A stretch of 64,000 bases of DNA. Origin: a bacterium. GTDB lineage: Bacteria; Patescibacteriota; Minisyncoccia; Phycocordibacterales; UBA918. The DNA is taken from contig JAYSUD010000005.1 of assembly GCA_043719295.1 (NCBI GenBank), positions 98,077 through 162,076 on the forward strand, written 5' to 3'. Below are positions 1 through 9,100 of the stretch, one piece after another; within the stretch, counting starts at the first letter, position 1; each line of letters begins with the position of its first letter. The notes below the pieces were generated by a model, which was given only the letters and a program-made list of their open reading frames with translations, was not told where the DNA came from and did no database searches. The translations under genes were made by a program, and so were the position numbers.

Positions 1-35
1 CTTACAAATGATATGACGTGATCCATACAAATACT

Positions 36-458
36 TCAATTACTTTCAACATACTTTTTAAAATTGTCTAAAATTGATTGCCAGCCATTTTTTTGCATCT
101 CAAGTGGATTTTCATCTTCAGGGTCAAAGGTTTCTGTAACAGTGGTTACATCACCTTCTTCTTCAAAAGAAATTACGACGGTTCTTCCTCCCTCAAGCGT
201 ATAGGAAATTTTCTCATTTGGAACAACTTCTGTGTAGACTCCATTAAAGTCGAACCCAGCACTGCCATCTTTTGCTTCCATTCTTGTCACAAATTTTCCT
301 CCAATTTTTAGGTCATTTTCTGCGTACGGTGCGTGCCAATCATCTGAAGCAAATACCCATTGTGTAATATGTGACGGCTCTGTCCAACATGACCAAACAC
401 TTCCAACTGGTGCATTGACTGTGATTTTTACCGTAATTTTTTCTTGCATGGTATGCAT
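36..458 (-). CDS. SRPBCC/AHSA1 (START-like) domain protein
   Basis: VW..WT.P.HI..W...DW, DL..GG.F..RM, GW..IL..F pattern typical of AHSA1-like proteins. Confidence 0.85.
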   Translation of the reverse strand: MHTMQEKITVKITVNAPVGSVWSCWTEPSHITQWVFASDDWHAPYAENDLKIGGKFVTRMEAKDGSAGFDFNGVYTEVVPNEKISYTLEGGRTVVISFEEEGDVTTVTETFDPEDENPLEMQKNGWQSILDNFKKYVESN

Positions 459-464
459 CTTAAT

Positions 465-992
465 TTATATAGCAACTTCGATAATCTCTCCATCTCCAAT
501 TGATGCTGGCAAAGGAATATTGAGATGTCGGAGAATCACTTTGATTGAGCCACCGTGACCGAGAATAATAATAGTTTGATTTGGCAAACTCGTGATATGT
601 AAAAATGTCTCTAATACTCGGTTAGTAAAATCGATCCACGACTCCCCTTCAGGGTCAGTATTTGTATAGTCTTTGTGAAGCTCTACCACTTCTGGATACT
701 TCGCTAGAGCTTCAGTTTTTGTAAGTCCACCAAGTACTCCATAATTTCGTTCACGTAAACCGTCAAGAACTTCAATCTGTGTTTTTAAAACAGTATTGAT
801 AATTTCTGAAGATTCTTGTGCGCGGATAAGCGAGCTTGAGAAAATTGCATCAACAGATACGCCTTCAAGTTTTTCTGCGGTTTCTTTAAGCTGTTGCACC
901 CCTTTCTCGGTGAGATGGTCATCATAAAATCCTCCATATCGGTCTTCAAGGTCACCAGTTGTTTCACCATGGCGGATGAGTAGGATTTTCAT
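465..992 (-). CDS. histidine phosphatase (phosphoglycerate mutase family)
   Basis: RHGET, SS.L.RA, L.ERNYG, GES and HGG motifs. Confidence 0.9.
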   Translation of the reverse strand: MKILLIRHGETTGDLEDRYGGFYDDHLTEKGVQQLKETAEKLEGVSVDAIFSSSLIRAQESSEIINTVLKTQIEVLDGLRERNYGVLGGLTKTEALAKYPEVVELHKDYTNTDPEGESWIDFTNRVLETFLHITSLPNQTIIILGHGGSIKVILRHLNIPLPASIGDGEIIEVAI

Positions 993-1018
993 ACATAATT
1001 ATATTAGCACGGGTTCTA

Positions 1019-1146
1019 AGACGGGAATCTCTTTCCCTACGGGAATGGTATGCCTTTTGGATGGATTGGTACGCTTCGCTTCCAATCCATCACAAAAGCC
1101 TTTCGAGTCCCTTTTTGGATGTGTCCGACACATCCAAAACTCTCGC
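1019..1146. repeat. distal tRNA-Asp-linked structured element (sense stub plus hairpin-interrupted antisense copy of the tRNA 3' end)
   Basis: agacggga at 1019-1026 matches the tRNA T-stem region; ttcgagtccc[27-nt hairpin]ctctcgc at 1102-1146 is the inverted tRNA 3' end; internal ccctacggg and cgcttcgct-capped hairpins. Confidence 0.7.
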
Positions 1147-1194
1147 TCGTAACATAAAATGGCCGTTGCTGTGGCAACGACCATTTTATTAACT

Positions 1195-1375
1195 GGTCAC
1201 GAGTTACTAACTATAATTGTTCGCTTCGCTCCAATTCAAGTAAGTACTCTCGACCCCGCCTCGACTGTCGCAAGCGACATGTCTATGGCTCGCAGTTAGG
1301 CACGGAAGCAAAGCAGTTTGCTTCCTAAAAAGAAAAACACAGTCTGACGAATGTGTTTTTCTTTTTACCTAACTG
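1195..1375 (-). repeat. proximal tRNA-Asp trailer element, homologous to the tmRNA trailer element
   Basis: Shares the GCAAACTGCTTTGC hairpin, CATGTYGC(C)TTGCRACA hairpin and GGARCGAAGYGAAC-capped stem with 55338-55467. Confidence 0.75.
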
Positions 1376-1688
1376 CGCGAGAGACGGGACTCGAACCCGC
1401 AACCTCTGCCGTGCACTGAATTCATTATTTTCATAATGGCGTGGACTATATCTTTACCATGAGTCTTTCGACTGTTAGGTACCCCGGTATCTAGTCTCTA
1501 CGGCGCCCCCATACTATGTGTTTTTGTATATGGGGTTCCCTCGGTATTCGCATATCTAGTAGTGCTTATTGGGCACTATTTCAAACGACTTAGCCTTCAC
1601 CGATATCCCGGAGAGTTTCAATCCTAACTTTCGAAAGGAAAGCTGCACGTCTACAGGGCAGCGCTCTAACCAATTGAGCTACTCCCGC
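1376..1688 (-). tRNA. tRNA-Asp(GUC), split; exons 1688-1653 and 1413-1376
   Basis: Joined exons give GCGGGAGTAGCTCAATTGGTTAGAGCGCTGCCCTGT|CACGGCAGAGGTTGCGGGTTCGAGTCCCGTCTCTCGCG: full cloverleaf, loop CTGTCAC, G73. Confidence 0.93.
1414..1652 (-). ncRNA. group I self-splicing intron (239 nt, no ORF) at anticodon position 35/36
   Basis: 5' exon ends in U and intron ends in G; P1 CUGU/GCAG with U.G pair; P (ATATCGGTGAA), Q (AATACCGAG), R (GTAGAGACTAG) and S (AAGATATAGTCC) elements. Confidence 0.92.
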
Positions 1689-2343
1689 AGTTCTTTATAA
1701 ACTCCTCAAAGACGACTTTTTTACGTCGTAAATGGAGTTTGTGAGGAACAGTATACATGATTTTATAAAGTTTCAAAGCGTCTTTAGTTGAGAGGATGAG
1801 TCGTGAATAATTAGCCATCTTTGGCGTATATATTCCCCCACCAATAATACCTCTTGATTGCAACACCATTCGCAAGGATAACAGATACTCGAGTGAACCC
1901 GAGGTGAATATCGATTGCAGTACTTTTGTTGGACTTTTTCGTTGCCTGTTAATAATTCCACTCCAGACATTACCGTCTCCATCAAAATAACCGCGCACAA
2001 AATCTCCAAAAAAATATTCTGGGACCTGCGGCAATTGCATACGCTTAGTTTTATTTGGGAATAAACCAATCTCACCTAAATCATAGAACCACTCCTTACT
2101 TCCAATTTGAATTCTGTATACACATCCAGTTAAGGACTTACGTCCTGAAAGTTTGTGATCAGACTGAAAACACTTTCTCATTGCAACTAATATATCTTTA
2201 TCTGCTGAATATACTGCGACAAAATGAGTGCCTCGCTTTGATTTGACTATATTCCCATCAGCATACATAAACCCTAAAATATAGGCCATGTCGGAAGACC
2301 AAATTTTAAAGAAATCTTTGTTGTATGTTTTAGATATTGGCAT
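1666..2343 (-). CDS. free-standing LAGLIDADG homing-endonuclease-like protein (two motifs)
   Basis: AYILGFMYADG and FVRGYFDGDG motifs; last codons run into the tRNA-Asp 5' end. Confidence 0.88.
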   Translation of the reverse strand: MPISKTYNKDFFKIWSSDMAYILGFMYADGNIVKSKRGTHFVAVYSADKDILVAMRKCFQSDHKLSGRKSLTGCVYRIQIGSKEWFYDLGEIGLFPNKTKRMQLPQVPEYFFGDFVRGYFDGDGNVWSGIINRQRKSPTKVLQSIFTSGSLEYLLSLRMVLQSRGIIGGGIYTPKMANYSRLILSTKDALKLYKIMYTVPHKLHLRRKKVVFEEFIKNCGSSSIG

Positions 2344-2395
2344 CGTGACAGTATATTATACTATACACAACGTGGCAGTTTTATGCATACTACAT

Positions 2396-3409
2396 TTATC
2401 TTCCTAAATGCTTTAATACTTTAAGATACAAATCCTCGACAATTTTTTCTTGTTCTTTTCCCATTTTTGAATAGTGATCTAAACCAGGCGCGGCATTAAT
2501 TTCAATAATCTTAAAGTTATCAATCTGTTGTTTTGTGATATCACCTTGTACTAAAATATCTACTCCGCATAAACGAAGTCCCATGTCTTTTGTAAGTGTA
2601 ATCGCTATCTTTTTAAATGAACTGTGGAGGGCTTTTGTTACATCAACTGATATGCCTCCGGTTGAAAGGTTTGCATTATCAAGTAAAGATACTGCTGTAC
2701 CTTTGGGTAACACAGAAGACGAGTCAAGCTTTAGTCGCTTAAGTTTTTGCAAAATTCGTGCATCGTTTGTTTTTATAACAGTATTGCGTTCTGCTTTTTC
2801 AAATGCTCTTTGTTTTTTTTCTAAAAGCTCAAAGATAGATGACTTTCCATCACCAACAATTGAAAGCGGAATCCGTCTGTATGCAGAAATAATTTCAGTA
2901 TCAAGAACTACAATCCGATAGTCGTCGCCTTGTATGTATGACTGTACCTGTACGAGATTATCAAAGGTAAAAATTTTAGTCACAGCTCCATAAAATTCTT
3001 TTTTGGTATGCACGAGCGTAACCCCAGAACCCTGACTTCCACTATTGGGTTTTACAATAACCGGAAAGCCAATCTTAACCGCATGCCTATACGCTGCATC
3101 AATATCTTCTTTCGGTGCACCGATAGTAACTCCCCAATGTTTTGAGAAAAATACCTTACTGTTTGGGATAACGGGGTACCCCAATGACTTCATAAAGAAG
3201 GTTGCATAGTCTTTGTCTTTTGCAATATCAGATGCCCCAACTGGATTAAGATCAAGCGTGTTAAAGCGGAAGTAGGAACGCTTTCCATTTTTAAAAGTGA
3301 TCTGTCCCGCAATTCTCCATGTAGGTTCTAAAAGAACCGATGCGCCAATAGAGGGAGCAATTTTTTTGATAATGCTCCCCAAAATAAATGATTCCCGTTT
3401 CTTTTTCAT
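2396..3409 (-). CDS. ATP-grasp ligase resembling the ATP-grasp half of cyanophycin synthetase/GshF
   Basis: KDK, FPVIVKP..GSQG.GV, GDDYRIVV, IVGDG, ANLSTGG, GVD, IEINAAPG; no Mur-ligase half. Confidence 0.8.
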   Translation of the reverse strand: MKKKRESFILGSIIKKIAPSIGASVLLEPTWRIAGQITFKNGKRSYFRFNTLDLNPVGASDIAKDKDYATFFMKSLGYPVIPNSKVFFSKHWGVTIGAPKEDIDAAYRHAVKIGFPVIVKPNSGSQGSGVTLVHTKKEFYGAVTKIFTFDNLVQVQSYIQGDDYRIVVLDTEIISAYRRIPLSIVGDGKSSIFELLEKKQRAFEKAERNTVIKTNDARILQKLKRLKLDSSSVLPKGTAVSLLDNANLSTGGISVDVTKALHSSFKKIAITLTKDMGLRLCGVDILVQGDITKQQIDNFKIIEINAAPGLDHYSKMGKEQEKIVEDLYLKVLKHLGR

Positions 3410-3451
3410 AGCCGGATTACTGTAGCATTATTATTAGAATTTAAAAAAGTC

Positions 3452-3526
3452 TTCAATCCTTGACGTACTCTTCCCCGGAGAGCACTTCATCGACAGACGA
3501 AAACCGCCAGAGGCGGTTTTCTTTTG
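3452..3526. repeat. tRNA-Met trailer: terminator-like hairpin plus degenerate antisense copy of the tRNA 3' end
   Basis: ttcaatccttg[insert]tcatcgaca (3452-3495) versus tRNA ttcaattcttgtcgtcgaca; hairpin gaaaaccgcc-aga-ggcggttttc. Confidence 0.6.
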
Positions 3527-3599
3527 TGTCGACGACAAGAATTGAACTTGTGACCTTTTCTTTATGAGTGAAATGCTCTACCAACTGAGCTACGCCGAC
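3527..3599 (-). tRNA. tRNA with CAU anticodon (probably elongator Met; Ile2 not excluded)
   Basis: GTCGGCG/CGTCGAC acceptor, TAGCTCAGTTGGTAGAGC D arm, loop CTCATAA, GTTCAATT T loop; A31.A39 mismatch. Confidence 0.85.
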
Positions 3600-3600
3600 A

Positions 3601-4269
3601 TTATTTACTTGCTTGTATGAGACCTAAAATTTTGTACCTCAATGTTGTACCACGAGCTACTCGTAATGCCAACACGCCGTAATAGGAATCATGATTTTCA
3701 TATATCTTTTTCGGACGGCCTTTGAGGAAAATAACTTTGTTAAATTGCTCTTTCGGGATTGATAGAAAATTAGACCAGAAAGTCATAATGACGCATTCAC
3801 GAGGTTTATGTATCTCTGATACATAAATATATGGTCGAAAATCAGACCTTTGCACCCCTAGTTGCTCAAACCAATTCCGAGCAAAAAGTATAACTGAAGG
3901 GTCAGAATTAACAAGAGCAGTACCACTCCCTCCTGCTTTAACACCCTCACCCCAGTACAACCCAATACCTAACATCAGTCTGTCACGTTTCGTCATTTTT
4001 CCAATTATAGCCTTTGCTTTATGCTCTTGTTCTAGGATATTTTCAATCTTTTTACGTCTATTTGATTCTGCTCCCATCATTCTACCTCTGTTTCCAGCTT
4101 TAATTTGTTGCAGTGTAAGTATTTCTCTTTGCGAATCAGAAAGCACTAAATCTCTACACCAAATACTCACTGAACTACTGGATACCCTAAGTCTCTTAGC
4201 TATCGCTTTAATACTCAGCCCATCAGTACGTAGATTTCTTGCAAGTAGTTTTTCTACACTTTTAGCCAT
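3601..4269 (-). CDS. N-terminal HTH plus degenerate single LAGLIDADG-like protein
   Basis: GLSIKAIAKRLRVSSSSVSIWC HTH; LGIGLYWGEG motif then NSDP and FWS..L.IP; stop codon 1 bp from the tRNA 5' end. Confidence 0.7.
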   Translation of the reverse strand: MAKSVEKLLARNLRTDGLSIKAIAKRLRVSSSSVSIWCRDLVLSDSQREILTLQQIKAGNRGRMMGAESNRRKKIENILEQEHKAKAIIGKMTKRDRLMLGIGLYWGEGVKAGGSGTALVNSDPSVILFARNWFEQLGVQRSDFRPYIYVSEIHKPRECVIMTFWSNFLSIPKEQFNKVIFLKGRPKKIYENHDSYYGVLALRVARGTTLRYKILGLIQASK

Positions 4270-4366
4270 CAACTTACATTATACACTAAGGTTGGTTCAT
4301 TTATGCGTCAATACGTGGAGAACTTTATTGCAGGACAATCATTATCATCAATGTTGAGTCCCGTGT

Positions 4367-5047
4367 TTATTCTGGACACAGTACAGCTTCAGCTTCTTTA
4401 ATATGCTCTGGGTATCCGATAGGAAGCCATTTAGTTTGTTCAATAACCATCAAACGGTTGTCTTGCGTATAGGCAGTAAGCATATCTGTTGCATACAATT
4501 CTCCTGAAGGACTTACTGTAACGGTGTAGTTAAAAATTGACTGATCAGCAACAAATACTCCAGTATTAATCAGGTTTGATGGAGGAACTTCAGGTTTCTC
4601 AAGTATCTCTTTGAGTGTTCCGTCTTCATTAAGCACAAAGACACCAAACCGTTCGGGAGTATCACTGTGCGTACTTAAAATTGCATGGTCGTGACTTACA
4701 ATTTCCTGGAGCGCTTCTTTACCATGGATATCGTCAGCAAACATAAAAAGAAACTTCCCTGTTACAAGATTTTTTGCACACATAAGAGCATCTCCAGTTC
4801 CCCCAGCACAATTTTCTTGGGTCACGTAGGTTACTTTCTTCCCAAGATATTCTGCCCCACAAAAAGTTTCAATTTGTTCTTTTTTATACCCTACAACTAA
4901 AATGAGTTCATCAATGCAAGACGGCAAAGCTTCAACCACGTGTTGCAAAATTGGTTTTCCACAAACAGGTATAAGCGGTTTTGGAATAGTATCGGTAAGT
5001 GGCCGCATACGCGTACCCTTCCCTGCACAGATAATAACGCATTGCAT
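4367..5047 (-). CDS. sugar-phosphate nucleotidyltransferase family protein
   Basis: AGKGTRMRPLT..IPKPL, GTG.AL, FGV, EKP motifs. Confidence 0.9.
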   Translation of the reverse strand: MQCVIICAGKGTRMRPLTDTIPKPLIPVCGKPILQHVVEALPSCIDELILVVGYKKEQIETFCGAEYLGKKVTYVTQENCAGGTGDALMCAKNLVTGKFLFMFADDIHGKEALQEIVSHDHAILSTHSDTPERFGVFVLNEDGTLKEILEKPEVPPSNLINTGVFVADQSIFNYTVTVSPSGELYATDMLTAYTQDNRLMVIEQTKWLPIGYPEHIKEAEAVLCPE

Positions 5048-5058
5048 GGTAGGAATGT

Positions 5059-5757
5059 TTAGATTTCTTGATGCCGCGCTTCTTCAACGATAAACCGCGC
5101 ATTTGCATTTTCCACATCTGCAACTGTTGCAATAGGAATCCATCGATTTTGTTCAACAATCGCAATTGGATACTTCTGTGCATATCGTTCAATAACTTCA
5201 GTAAGGTAAAATTCTTCTTTAACCGGTGTCTCTGGATTGAACTCAAAGATGTGATGATCAAGAACCATCGCTCCCGTTGAAGCACAGTTACTTGGTGGGT
5301 GTTCTGGTTTTTCTATCATAAGCCCAAGTGTTCCATCTGGATTTCGAACAACAATTCCAAACTTTTCAGGATTATCAACTGAGGCAACAAGTAATGAGCG
5401 TGTGTATGAAGTTGCGCGCGCAAGATCTTCTTTCCCGTGAATATCGTCAGCAAACAGGAACAAGAAACGTCCCGTGATTAGGTCCTTACAAAGCCAAAGA
5501 GCTTTTGCAGTACCATTTTGTTCTTCTTGAACAATATACGTAACTTTTTTGCCATGAAACACAGGACCGCAGTATTCTTGAATCATGTGTCCTAAGTAGC
5601 CCGTAACAATAACAAGTTCATCAACTGAACTCGGAAGTGCCTCGACAATATGGTCGAGCAATGTTTTACCTCCCACTTGCACAAGTGGTTTTGGTAGGTT
5701 TTCTGTTAATGGCCGTAGCCGTGTTCCTTTCCCTGCAGCTAAAATTACGCATTGCAT
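5059..5757 (-). CDS. sugar-phosphate nucleotidyltransferase family protein (tandem paralog)
   Basis: AAGKGTRLRPLT..LPKPL, GTA.AL, EKP; shares FLF.FADDIHGKE with its neighbour. Confidence 0.9.
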   Translation of the reverse strand: MQCVILAAGKGTRLRPLTENLPKPLVQVGGKTLLDHIVEALPSSVDELVIVTGYLGHMIQEYCGPVFHGKKVTYIVQEEQNGTAKALWLCKDLITGRFLFLFADDIHGKEDLARATSYTRSLLVASVDNPEKFGIVVRNPDGTLGLMIEKPEHPPSNCASTGAMVLDHHIFEFNPETPVKEEFYLTEVIERYAQKYPIAIVEQNRWIPIATVADVENANARFIVEEARHQEI

Positions 5758-5995
5758 ATAATTACATTTATAACACACTTTTCAGATTATGCAACAATTA
5801 CCGTGAGTCAATTAGACATCTCGAATTTTAAGTGGTATTCTCTTTGTGCACTATTGAATATAGCGGGGTGAGAAAGCGAATACATGGAGCTTTCGTAAGA
5901 CTTTGACTGCTATTTTAAAAGGCTTGACCGAATTAAAATAGCGGCAAAGTGTAAAGATCCTGTAAGGATGAGGAGTGATGGGAGTATAATAATAT

Positions 5996-6066
5996 AGCGG
6001 GGTAGAGGAGTGGTACCTCGGGAGGCTCATAACCTCCAGACCCCGGTTCGAGTCCGGGCCCCGCAA
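5996..6066 (+). tRNA. initiator tRNA-fMet(CAU)
   Basis: A1.A72 mismatch, A11-U24, loop CTCATAA, GGTTCGAGTCC T arm; TATAAT just upstream. Confidence 0.88.
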
Positions 6067-6071
6067 CAAAC

Positions 6072-6106
6072 ATATAAAAACACCTCTTGTGAGGTGCTTT
6101 TATATA
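6072..6106. terminator. bidirectional hairpin terminator
   Basis: atataaaaacacctc-ttgt-gaggtgcttttatat between convergent genes. Confidence 0.6.
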
Positions 6107-6107
6107 T

Positions 6108-9100
6108 TTACGGTACTTTCTTTAAGGCAGCTAACTTCGCTTGTAGTTCAGCGAGTAATGTAAGTAACTGCAATATTTTTGCCTGTAACACAAAGTTTGT
6201 TGAAGCCTGTGGAATAATAGAAGAAGATCCCTGCCCAGTTACTCTAGAACAATATACTTCGTTTAATTTAAGTCTCGTCTGTGGACCGACATTTCCGTAC
6301 CCGGTTGTTTGTGGAGTACCTGAAGTGATTATTCCGTACTTCAACTGAAAACGTTCAATTGCTTTTTGTGTCAGTAAACCATAAAAACCAGTGACTTCTT
6401 TTTCTGGATAAACTGCCGAATCAGTCCCAAGCATACGTTGTAGTTGTGAGACAGATGCTCCAGACATACCATAAGAAAGCGATGTAGTAAGTAGACACGA
6501 AGTGTTTAGAGGGATTGGAGTAATACTACGCACTGGCGTTATTGGCTTTATTATAGCAACAGCAGGAATAACTAATGGAGAACTAACAGATGTTGTGGCG
6601 ACAGTTTTCTTTTTACTGCTACTTCCCCCTCCACCACTACTTCCACCCCCACTTGATGCAGCTGCGGTTGTGGTAAACGTTTGATCTGAAGACATTTGTA
6701 GATTATTCGCAGCATCTCTTGAACGCACTCTAAAGTGGTACAGGGTGCTAGCAGTCAAACCACTAAGTGTCACAGTGTGACTTGTTACATCTGCAGTATC
6801 GAGCGTTGTAGATGCACTATAAGAAGACGATAAACCATAATTAATCTGACTGTCTCCGGCTTCATTAGTTGTCCAGGTTATTGTGGCACTTGTGTTCCCT
6901 GTTGATGAGGCGATGGCAGAGAGTATTGGGGAGGTATTATCGACTGTTACCACAAGAGTACTTGAAGTTGCATAATTATTTAATGTATCTCGCACGACTG
7001 CAAGAAGTGAGACTGAACCGTCTGTAAAAAGTGAGGTGTTTGCAAGGGTTGTGTAGGGAGCACTCGTATCTTCACTTCCAATATTTGTTCCATTAATTTT
7101 AAATTGAACTCCAGCTACTCCGATATTATCAGAAGCAGTTGCAGAAATAACGCTTGCTAACCCAGAGATGGTTGCACCTCCAGATGGACTTGTAATGGAT
7201 ACTGTTGGACTTGTTATATCAGCGACTGCAGTTGTTCTCATTGTGGTATCTCCAGAGAAAGTCACATTACCTGAGCTGTCTGCTGTTCTAATGCGGAAAT
7301 GGTATAGCGTACTTGGACTTAGGCTATTTATGACAACACTATGTGAAGTTACTAAAGAGGCATCAAGTGTCGTTGTGGCTCCGTATGCAGTTGTGGGGCC
7401 ATATGAAACCTGTGAGTTAGCTGCTTCATTAGTTGTCCAGGTTATTGTGGCACTTATGTTCCCTGTTGTGGAAGCAATTGCTGTAATAAGAGGAGCGGTT
7501 ATATCAGCACTACTTAGACGCTCGTACACTCCAAGGTCATACCGAGCACTCTGCGGTCGAGTCACCCCAATATAGTCATTTGTTACAAGGGCCGTGGTAG
7601 TACCGATATCAATTGCCGGTGAAGTTGTTGCCAGCAAAAAATTGAGTGCGGAAGCAAGAATAAATTGTGGATCTACACTGATAGAGTTAGCTTCGAGCGC
7701 CGGGTAGGCCACTCTAAAATTAGCGAGGTTAGTATAAAATGTACCTGAAGTCACTCCCCAATGGAACATGTTTGTCACAGTCGGCTGTGTTGAATAATAT
7801 AAGTTATAGTCAGCAATAGTTGACGTTGCAGCTTGTCCCGTCACACGCAATCCTGATACATCATTTGCCTGGTAGATGATGTTGTTTTTGATTATTGTAT
7901 CGTATGCCTGATCTAGAACTGAAATACCTCCATGGTTACCAACAACTGATGTAGCAGAATTATAAATAACATTATTGAGTATTTGGTTTCCATATACCGA
8001 CGTCTCAACAGCATCAATGGTGTTTGATTGCACCACAATTGATGCGCCATACATATCAAAGAAAATATTATTACGTATGATGTTGAAGTCTGAACCTCGA
8101 GAAACATGAAATCCAGTTCCACCAACTCCGTTAGCACGAAATGTTAATCCACAGCTATTTTGTTCAAGAATATTATTGTCACTTAATGATCCGACATACA
8201 CACAAGAATCTCGTAAGTTATAAAATGTATTACGACGAATAGTATTGTTGTCATTCCCAACATACCCACACCCTCCGTCCCCACACAAGTTAATACCATT
8301 ACCTGCAGCTACTCCCAAACCAGTAATTGTATTATCAACAACGATATTATTGTCACTACCGTTTTCAAAGCGCAGACCACCACCAAAGTCACGTTGGTTA
8401 CGTAGGAGCTGGTTGTTGCTTATAGTACTTGAAGACGCACGATGCAAGTACACACCACTCCCAAAATTGTCAACAATATCTGCATTTTGTACAGTGATGT
8501 TTGAAGAAGTTGCGATGACGTATGCACCATCAAGACCCCCGGCACCGTCGTTGTACTTGACCGCAATATCATCAAATACCAAATATTGCTTATTTACGAT
8601 TAAGAAACCTTCATTCCAAAATGGAATATCAATTGTCTTGGTACTAGGATTACTACTATCACTGGTTCGAATATATAAGATATCACCAACGCTATCGTAG
8701 TAGTACATGCCGGCAGTTAACGAAGTGGGCGAACTTCCCGTAGCCATACGAGCATTATTTTCAAAAATATTGTTAGGATCACCAGTTACGTTAATCATTT
8801 TGTACGTATTGGAAGGACCCGCTGCCACAAACGCACCAATGGAACTTGTTGCAACTCTGACATCGTCAATATACAACGTTGAGCCAGCTGCTGCTACAGC
8901 CGTACCCGAAGTACCACCTCCCCATTCAGCACGCCCAATTGTTGTGGTACTCGTATTGTAGGTAAACACTGAACCGGTACTTGAGCTATTAAGCCACATC
9001 TGTGCGCCACCGGTTACCGCATCGCCACCTTTATAACGGTACTCAAGGAGATACCACGTATCAGGAACAATTGAACCAGCAACAGTTGTACCGAAAATGC

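Noticed and set aside
999-1184. ORFs overlapping RNA genes or trailers (999-1184, 5851-6069, 34976-35200, 35107-35367, 55462-55647)
   Set aside because: They overlap tRNAs or structured elements and have no protein features.
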